Source of the DNA: Candidatus Peribacteria bacterium
GTDB lineage: Bacteria; Patescibacteriota; Gracilibacteria; Peribacterales; Peribacteraceae
DNA length: 64,000 nt
Assembly (NCBI GenBank): GCA_023245935.1
Contig: JAHFJM010000001.1
Location: forward strand, 6,067 to 70,066
Reading direction: 5' to 3'
The notes beneath the pieces are model-generated. The model made no database searches. It worked only from the letters and a program-made list of their open reading frames with translations, and was not told the DNA's origin. Below, in pieces: positions 57,463-64,000 of the stretch. Both the position numbers and the translations under genes were made by a program. Position 1 is the stretch's first letter. Every line of letters starts with the position of its first letter.

Positions 57463-59709
57463 TTAGCAGGCGAAAAATGGATCCGATGTATTGTTTTTGA
57501 GGTACGGATCATAGAGACCTGGCGCAGGCTTCACGGTTGCTTGCATACCAGGCCCCCCATCATCCAAGTTGCATGATGTGCCATGGGTATCGAAGTTCAC
57601 CTGTAGGGAGATGCCCTGACCGGGAAGTCTCGATTGCGTATCGCTATAAGTGAATACTCCGTTCTGAAGGGAAAGACCCGGGTTTGAATTCGAGCCGAGC
57701 GTCCATGTGGAAGGAACAGGCATCGAAATAGTGTAGGTGGCATTCGCAGGACCGCCGTTATAGACCGTGATCCCGAAGGTCTCCCCCTCAGCGCTTCCTA
57801 CCCTACCAAGCGTCACGGATAGGTCTGCCGTATGCGCAGGATCTTCAATCGCACACGCTGCGCTGCAGCCGTCACCATTGGTGACGTTCCCGTCATCACA
57901 CTTCTCCGTTCCCTCCCTCAAACCGTCGCCACAGGCGGGATTTCGTCTGCAGGTATTGCTGCAGACGTCACTGTCGACGGTATTCCCGTCATCGCAATCT
58001 TCAACCGGATCGACGATGCCGTTTCCGCAGAGAAAACAGCGATTCGGCTTTTCCTCCGTGCATGTGTAGGAAGGTTCGAGGGAACATGCATGATTGCAGC
58101 CATCACCGTCGGCGACGTTTCCGTCATCACATTTCTCACGTGCGCGCTCGAGAAAACCGTTCCCGCAAACAGGAATCCTGCATCGATTGGAGCAGGTGAC
58201 CGTATCAGTGGAACTGCCTTCATCGCACTGTTCGCCTGCCTGTACGATGTGATCGCCGCAGATCGGCGTGGCGCATGCATTCGTACACGCATCATTGTTC
58301 ACCTGATTCCCATCGTCACACTGCTCGGAGTCTTCCTTGATGCCATTGCCGCAGACGGATTTCGTACAGTTAGAATTACAGAAGCCCCAGTATCCCGTCG
58401 CATCGGCGTCACACTGTTCGTGGCCGGACCAGACGATCCGGTCGCCGCAGACGGGCTTCTTGCACTTGTTCGTGCAATCGTCGGTCTCAATCGAATTTCT
58501 GTCATCACACTCTTCGTTATTGGAAACCTGAAGAATCCCATCGCCACAGAACGGCTGCTGACAACGATTGGAACACGCATCGTCGTTGATCTGATTTCCG
58601 TCATCACAGTATTCGGAGCTCTGCTTCACGCCATCACCGCAGGTCGTGATGGAGCATTCGCCGGTACAACCGTCGTTGTCAATCGTATTGCCATCATCAC
58701 ATTGCTCACCGGTGTAAGCCTGCAGGATGCCGTCACCGCACGCGGCAACGGGGCACGATTGAAATTGACCGAACTCCAACCCAAGACCCTCATGGTACAG
58801 AGCACTTATTTCCGCCGGGGAGAGCACGCGTTCCCAGAGTCCCGTTTTACCGAGACTGTCTCCGAGCGAATCTTTCTCCGTGGTGATCAGCCCGAACGTA
58901 CTCCCCATCGTATTCGTCACATCCCGCACCGAAAATCCGACCGATTCCGCCGTCGTATCCGGAGCTCTTCCATTCACACTGATGGAGATCTTATTGGTGT
59001 GCTGATCGAATGTTGTCACAACGAAGTACCACTGACCCGTTTTGATGCTGCCGAAGCTCTTGGCAAAGACACTGCTGCAATTCGGGCATCTCTGTCCGAT
59101 TCCGGAGAAAAATCCCGTGCTATTACGGGCGAGGTACCATGCATAACCCAGAGACGAAGTCCCCTTCGCATACGACAAATACGTGCTCGCCGTACCACCG
59201 AGATCGCCCAATTTCACCCACTCCGCGATGCTAAAACTCCGATTGATGTAAAAAAATGAATTTCTTGCCGAAGAAACGTACTGATAGGTGCCACTGCTTT
59301 CGTCAAACTTCGAATACGCATTCAGTCCGGAGAGAAGGCAGACTGGTTCACTTCCCGCTATGGAACTTGAAGAACTGCTGGAGGACGAAGGAGGTGCGCT
59401 CAGGAATGAACGGATGCTCTGGATGAGCAGTCTGAGATCGCTGCGATCCGTCGTACCGCTGGAATCAAGATCATATGTGAGATCATGCATCGCAACAGAA
59501 CGAATCATGTTCGTAATCGACTTGCGCATCTCGCGAATCGAAAGCGTGCCATTATGATCGGTGTCCGCGAGTGTCAAAACACGATCATCCGTGAGAGAAC
59601 CGCGAAGAACATGTGTCGACGACGAATACGTGAAAATCAGCATCACTGCCGCGAGCAACACCGCGGAGATGATGACGAGCCGGGAGCGAAAGAGATGCGG
59701 GAGAGTCAT
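57463..59709 (-). CDS. Surface protein: TM anchor, dockerin/EF-hand-like pair, LamG/concanavalin-like domain, Cys-rich repeats, DUF11-like domain
   Basis: FSIAEWVK..WYFVVTTFD..ISVNG..LWERVLSPAEI, Cys repeats, and ADLSV..YNGGP. Confidence 0.85.
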   Translation of the reverse strand: MTLPHLFRSRLVIISAVLLAAVMLIFTYSSSTHVLRGSLTDDRVLTLADTDHNGTLSIREMRKSITNMIRSVAMHDLTYDLDSSGTTDRSDLRLLIQSIRSFLSAPPSSSSSSSSSIAGSEPVCLLSGLNAYSKFDESSGTYQYVSSARNSFFYINRSFSIAEWVKLGDLGGTASTYLSYAKGTSSLGYAWYLARNSTGFFSGIGQRCPNCSSVFAKSFGSIKTGQWYFVVTTFDQHTNKISISVNGRAPDTTAESVGFSVRDVTNTMGSTFGLITTEKDSLGDSLGKTGLWERVLSPAEISALYHEGLGLEFGQFQSCPVAACGDGILQAYTGEQCDDGNTIDNDGCTGECSITTCGDGVKQSSEYCDDGNQINDDACSNRCQQPFCGDGILQVSNNEECDDRNSIETDDCTNKCKKPVCGDRIVWSGHEQCDADATGYWGFCNSNCTKSVCGNGIKEDSEQCDDGNQVNNDACTNACATPICGDHIVQAGEQCDEGSSTDTVTCSNRCRIPVCGNGFLERAREKCDDGNVADGDGCNHACSLEPSYTCTEEKPNRCFLCGNGIVDPVEDCDDGNTVDSDVCSNTCRRNPACGDGLREGTEKCDDGNVTNGDGCSAACAIEDPAHTADLSVTLGRVGSAEGETFGITVYNGGPANATYTISMPVPSTWTLGSNSNPGLSLQNGVFTYSDTQSRLPGQGISLQVNFDTHGTSCNLDDGGPGMQATVKPAPGLYDPYLKNNTSDPFFAC

Positions 59710-59744
59710 GGTGAAGGTTTTTTTGAATGAATCCGCACCATGTC

Positions 59745-61277
59745 TTACGACTGGGGGGCAAGAACTTCGAGTTCAGTGGAGATGGCCGAGAAATCCGCAT
59801 TATCGACAACTCCATCAGCATTGATGTCGTACTTCTTCACGGTGTCGTAGGGTTGACCGGGCGCATCCGCAAGATCGAGCGTCACGAGGAGCGCCTCGCT
59901 ATCACTCACCGTGCCATTATGATTGGTGTCGGCAAGAGCTTTCACAAAATCGTTGTAACTGATGCACACGCTCGGAGAATCTTTTGTGCAACTGAAGTTC
60001 GCTTCGACGGTACACGTCACACTGCAACCGTCACCGGAAGTCGTATTGTGATCATCACAAACTTCTCCTTGGTCGAGCGTGCCGTCGCCGCATGTCGATA
60101 CCGTCGGTGCCGGATCTCCTTCCACGATCACGTTGGCGCAGGTCGATGAGCAGTAGGTACAGACCTCTCCTGCAGCAGCGGTACACACCTGCCCGTTTGC
60201 AGAACCGCTATCGCACTGCTCATCCCCTTCTTTCGCTCCGTTGCCGCAAACCGACGGAGCAGGCGATTCACAGACCTGCTGACCACAGTAACCGCAGGAT
60301 GAACCTTCATAATGACAGCCCGATTCAGGTGCAAGGCAGGCCATTGCGACGTTGCAGGTGCACACGCTCGGACTGGCATCATTACAAATGAATTTTGACT
60401 CCACGACACACAAGGAAGAGCATCCGTCGCCATTTGCCGTATTACGATCGTCACACGCTTCTCCGGAATCCAACGTGCCGTTGCCGCACACAGCAGTACT
60501 CCCAACGCTCTGCTCCCCATCAAATGGAATCGGCGTAACGACCTCACAATCGTTGCTACATCCGTCCGTGTCATTCTTATTCCCGTCATCACACTGTTCG
60601 CCACTTTCGACGATCGCATTCCCGCATCCGACAGTGCGCCGTATCGAAAGATCCGCACCTCCCTCGGAATTCACCACGAAGACATACAGTGCACCTGCAG
60701 GATCGAGACGCACGGCACCGGGGGTGCTGTCCGTCTTCAGAAACACAATGTTATTCACCGTCTCGAATGACGAGAGCGCATTCCCGTGCGAGGAATCATT
60801 CGCTCTCCCCGTCTGCGACAAGAAAAACTGTCCTGAGAAACGATCTTTGAAGCGAATGGCATTGATGTCACGTTTCTCGAGCGTCGCCGACGTATCGGAG
60901 TAGCGATAGCCGTAGTAATCGACGAGATGCCCGCCGTTACTGAGCGTCAGTGCGCCGTCGAGCGGACCATCGGCAATCGAGTCTCCGTTGGGGATATGCA
61001 CAAGGTAAATCGTATCGGGAGCAAGATGCACTGAAGCCTCACCGTGATTGAACGTCACGTCGTAGACACTGATGCCACCACTGCGAGTACCTGAGAACGT
61101 AAGGTCACCCTTCAGAGATGAATGCTGCTGCGCAAAAGGAAGAGGAATATCCCCCTCCATCTTCGGATGACTCGACGGTGCAATGTTGATCGTGACGATA
61201 GTGGCGATCAGTACCGTCAGCGCCACTCCTCCAAGGAGCGCTTTTCGCTTGGACAACACTGTAGGAAAAGTTGACAT
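59745..61277 (-). CDS. Surface protein: TM anchor, unnamed domain, Cys-rich repeats, C-terminal dockerin/EF-hand-like pair
   Basis: CGNG..GEQCD repeats, then DTNHNGTVSDSE and DINADGVVDNADF. Confidence 0.83.
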   Translation of the reverse strand: MSTFPTVLSKRKALLGGVALTVLIATIVTINIAPSSHPKMEGDIPLPFAQQHSSLKGDLTFSGTRSGGISVYDVTFNHGEASVHLAPDTIYLVHIPNGDSIADGPLDGALTLSNGGHLVDYYGYRYSDTSATLEKRDINAIRFKDRFSGQFFLSQTGRANDSSHGNALSSFETVNNIVFLKTDSTPGAVRLDPAGALYVFVVNSEGGADLSIRRTVGCGNAIVESGEQCDDGNKNDTDGCSNDCEVVTPIPFDGEQSVGSTAVCGNGTLDSGEACDDRNTANGDGCSSLCVVESKFICNDASPSVCTCNVAMACLAPESGCHYEGSSCGYCGQQVCESPAPSVCGNGAKEGDEQCDSGSANGQVCTAAAGEVCTYCSSTCANVIVEGDPAPTVSTCGDGTLDQGEVCDDHNTTSGDGCSVTCTVEANFSCTKDSPSVCISYNDFVKALADTNHNGTVSDSEALLVTLDLADAPGQPYDTVKKYDINADGVVDNADFSAISTELEVLAPQS

Positions 61278-61295
61278 GGTAAAAGGAGGAAAATT

Positions 61296-61874
61296 TTAGA
61301 TGGCAACAGGAAGAGTTCTGCTGCGATAGTTTGAGTATGCGAAGGTACATGCGGCTGCAAGAAGCATGGCAAGAACACCGAGAACGCTTGCCGGACCCGT
61401 GGAAGAAACATTTGGCGCACCGCTGTGAAGCACGTTGCCGTTGCCGTCTCTCACTTCGGTTCCACCGCCGATGATAATCGTCGGTGCCTGCGTCCTCTGC
61501 TCATCGATCCTTTGCTTCCGAAGTTCATACTGAGCGTTCTGATCGAATAAGCCTTTGCTCTCCGGCGAGGAAGGCGAAACGGACGGAGCGACGGGAGGAG
61601 CGTCGACCCGCACCAGTGCCTGCTGCGCCTGTAAACGCTGCTCCAAAGCCTGCTGCTGTTGAACGGCAACCGCAGCTTCGCCTTCACGCTGCGTTGGCGG
61701 CGGTTGCAGATTGTCACCTGCTGCACCGTGTACTCCGGAGCTCCCACCGAACACCTGATCCGGCGTGAGGTACGCATGCGTCGTCATCGGCAGAAGAACA
61801 ATCGTGCCGACGAGAGCACTCATTCCAAACAGAGAGAAGAGTCTTTCCATAGAGAGTGGTGTGTATTTGTGCAA
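61296..61874 (-). CDS. Secreted protein with LPXTG-like C-terminal anchor
   Basis: Signal peptide (…THA), then VSSTGP, a hydrophobic helix and a basic tail. Confidence 0.7.
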   Translation of the reverse strand: MHKYTPLSMERLFSLFGMSALVGTIVLLPMTTHAYLTPDQVFGGSSGVHGAAGDNLQPPPTQREGEAAVAVQQQQALEQRLQAQQALVRVDAPPVAPSVSPSSPESKGLFDQNAQYELRKQRIDEQRTQAPTIIIGGGTEVRDGNGNVLHSGAPNVSSTGPASVLGVLAMLLAAACTFAYSNYRSRTLPVAI

Positions 61875-61936
61875 CTATTGTACTTTATTTCCGATGAAAT
61901 GACAAGAGATCTCATGCACACGGAAGACACATTCCT

Positions 61937-63028
61937 CTACTGGGGAAATTCCGGAATCGGGAAGAGTCGTGGAGCGATGGTCCCCGGATTCGGAGTACCT
62001 CCCAGCAGGTTCCACTTGTAGGTCCAGTCGTTCACGCCAAAAGTCTCTGCGTTGGTTGGATCGGTTTCACCCTCATCCACCGCACAGTTCTGATTCATGT
62101 CTTCGCCGTAGACAGGGGAGGTGAGACGACTGTCGCACACTTGCTCACCGCTCCGGTCCCGTGTACAGACGACCTGTTTTTTCTCGGGACAACCGCTTCC
62201 TGATCCGTTGCCGTCGCAGAGTTCGTCACGATCGGTATCGGCATTGAAGGGGCTTGTCTCGTGAAGATCGACCGTGCCGTTCTTGTTCTGGTCCTCGCAC
62301 GGATCGGTGAGACCATCGTGATCGGTGTCCGGATCTTTGGGGCTCGTCTTCGTCACGAAGACCTCGACGCCATCCGAAATCCCGTCATGATCCGAATCCG
62401 GATCTTTGGGATTCGTCCCCGACAGTTGCTCGCGCTTGTTATTGAGATCATCACCGTCGGTGTCGATTGCGGCGGGAAGTTCGCTCGAACTCATGACGTA
62501 ACACGTCTCATTGCTGTTGAAAATCTCTGCGATGGATGCCCTCTCCGGGGGAGCCGGATGACCGTCCTTGAGGATGCCGAGAAGACCGGAATCCGTCGGA
62601 TCCGGAGGCGCGGCACCCGCCTTTCTCTCTGCCAGCGAGTAGAAGAATTGACCGTCGTAAAGTTCACTGCCTCTTTTTCCTGCAGCCTTATTCGAGCTCT
62701 CTCTCCCCGAGTAGCAGTACCCCCAGTATCGAACCTCCTGGTCTTTATCCTGACCGCCGAGAAACGTGATGCGCGGAATGCGGATGTTGTTTGGGATCGT
62801 AAAAATCACGTTGGTATCGGCAGGAACGGAGAAACCGTCGATCGACCTTTCAGCCTCTATGTGGAGTGTGGGCGTGATGCCGTTCTGCTGGGGAGAAACC
62901 AAACGTCCCGTCAGAGAAGCGGTTGGTGTTCCTTTCAGGATTGCCGCACCGGCGATGACGACCACGGCAACGGCAAGTGTGAGTGTTGCGTACTTCAATG
63001 CGTGAACGATGTAAGGACTGACAGGCAT
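61937..63028 (-). CDS. Surface protein with DxDxDG (thrombospondin type 3-like) Ca-binding repeats
   Basis: N-terminal TM, then DTDGDDL, DSDHDGISDG, DTDHDGLTD and DTDRDELCDG repeats. Confidence 0.83.
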   Translation of the reverse strand: MPVSPYIVHALKYATLTLAVAVVVIAGAAILKGTPTASLTGRLVSPQQNGITPTLHIEAERSIDGFSVPADTNVIFTIPNNIRIPRITFLGGQDKDQEVRYWGYCYSGRESSNKAAGKRGSELYDGQFFYSLAERKAGAAPPDPTDSGLLGILKDGHPAPPERASIAEIFNSNETCYVMSSSELPAAIDTDGDDLNNKREQLSGTNPKDPDSDHDGISDGVEVFVTKTSPKDPDTDHDGLTDPCEDQNKNGTVDLHETSPFNADTDRDELCDGNGSGSGCPEKKQVVCTRDRSGEQVCDSRLTSPVYGEDMNQNCAVDEGETDPTNAETFGVNDWTYKWNLLGGTPNPGTIAPRLFPIPEFPQ

Positions 63029-63080
63029 TGGCTTATTCTATACATAGAAGAGTGATGACGGAAAGTTGATGCACCGCAAA

Positions 63081-63207
63081 ACAGCCCTCATCCCCGTCCC
63101 TTCTCCAAAATTTGGAGAAGGGTGCGCTGCAATTTCTGATTACGGACATTTCTCTCTCCAAATTTTGGAGAGAGATGTCCCGCTCGGCGGGACAGAGTGA
63201 GGGCTGT
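63081..63207. repeat. REP/MITE-like element with 10-bp terminal inverted repeats
   Basis: acagccctca...tgagggctgt with internal ctccaaaatttggag-type hairpins. Confidence 0.75.
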
Positions 63208-63239
63208 CAGTCGAGAATGAAAAGCACTAAACTCTTCGC

Positions 63240-64000
63240 ATGGCGAAAGATTACTACGGCATTCTCGGCATCCAGAAATCCGCTTCCGAAGCGGAGATCA
63301 AGCAGGCGTACCGAAAACTTTCGAAAGAATTGCATCCCGACAAGCATAAAGGGGACAAAGGAAAAGAGGCGAAGTTTAAAGAAGTGAACGAAGCGTACGA
63401 AGTCCTGGGCGACGCAAAGAAGAAACAAGCCTATGACCAATTCGGATCGACCGACGGCAGCAATCCTTTCGGTGGCGGAGGAGGATTTGGCGGATTCAGG
63501 AGCCAGGGGTTCGATCCCTCGCAATTCTCCGGAGGAGATTTCTCCGATCTCTTCGAGAGCTTCTTCGGCGGTGGCGGACGAAAACAGAGAGCGAGTGACA
63601 CGCGGGGGCGCGACATCCAGGCTGAGGTGGCAATCAGTTTCATGGATGCCGTGAGCGGGATGGAACAACCGATCAGTATGAAGGCGCAGATGGCCTGCAG
63701 CGAGTGCAAAGGATCGGGCAGCGAAGCGGAAAGCAAACTTGTAACGTGTTCCGAATGCGGGGGAACAGGAAGCACCGAACGAGTCACGAACTCGCTGTTC
63801 GGACAAATACGGCAGAGTGTCCTGTGCTCACGCTGCAAAGGCTCCGGAAAAATCCCCGAGAAACCGTGCAGGAAGTGTGACGGTGAAGGACGCAGCGTGG
63901 AGAAAAAAACCGTGAGCGTTCACATTCCCGCGGGCATCGATGACGGTCAGACGCTTCGGATCAAAGGCGAAGGTGAGGCGGGACAGCGCGGCAGCGCGAG
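63240..64000 (+). CDS. dnaJ: Chaperone DnaJ (3'-partial)
   Basis: MAKDYYGILG, HPD motif, G/F-rich region and CxxCxGxG zinc fingers. Runs off the window. Confidence 0.96.
   Translation, partial: MAKDYYGILGIQKSASEAEIKQAYRKLSKELHPDKHKGDKGKEAKFKEVNEAYEVLGDAKKKQAYDQFGSTDGSNPFGGGGGFGGFRSQGFDPSQFSGGDFSDLFESFFGGGGRKQRASDTRGRDIQAEVAISFMDAVSGMEQPISMKAQMACSECKGSGSEAESKLVTCSECGGTGSTERVTNSLFGQIRQSVLCSRCKGSGKIPEKPCRKCDGEGRSVEKKTVSVHIPAGIDDGQTLRIKGEGEAGQRGSA

Noticed and set aside
55791-58750. Similar Cys-rich segments considered as a DGR template/variable repeat pair
   Set aside because: Both copies are coding paralogs, the differences are not adenine-specific, and there is no reverse transcriptase in the window.

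Overview
This window looks like chromosomal DNA from a Candidate Phyla Radiation bacterium, probably Peregrinibacteria/Peribacteria-like. That assignment is an inference from the missing rpmD slot, an intron-bearing 23S gene unlinked from 16S, Shine-Dalgarno-poor starts and standard-code TGA stops. Housekeeping content: a minus-strand S10/spc ribosomal protein cluster (rplC to map), lysS, a stand-alone rpoB, cysS, gatCA, yidC/rnpA, fbaB, sodA, a FemABX ligase, a 23S-5S rRNA unit and the start of dnaJ. Accessory content: two giant ORFan proteins, a DinJ/YafQ-like toxin-antitoxin pair, an SLH S-layer gene and a six-gene cluster of surface proteins, four of them Cys-rich with dockerin/EF-hand-like modules. 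The most notable signals are: (1) an apparent leucine-type transcription attenuator upstream of ORFans and an ACT protein, inserted where rpmD normally sits; (2) an 845-nt group I intron at 23S position L1951 carrying an ORF with no recognisable homing-endonuclease motif; (3) 7-/9-mer palindromic micro-elements inserted in-frame in conserved genes and in rRNA; (4) a LysRS-HD hydrolase fusion; (5) a modular adhesin family with a shared Ca-binding module; (6) a 20-aa hydrophobic ORF between rplB and rpsS. All calls were made by eye, with no database searches run.
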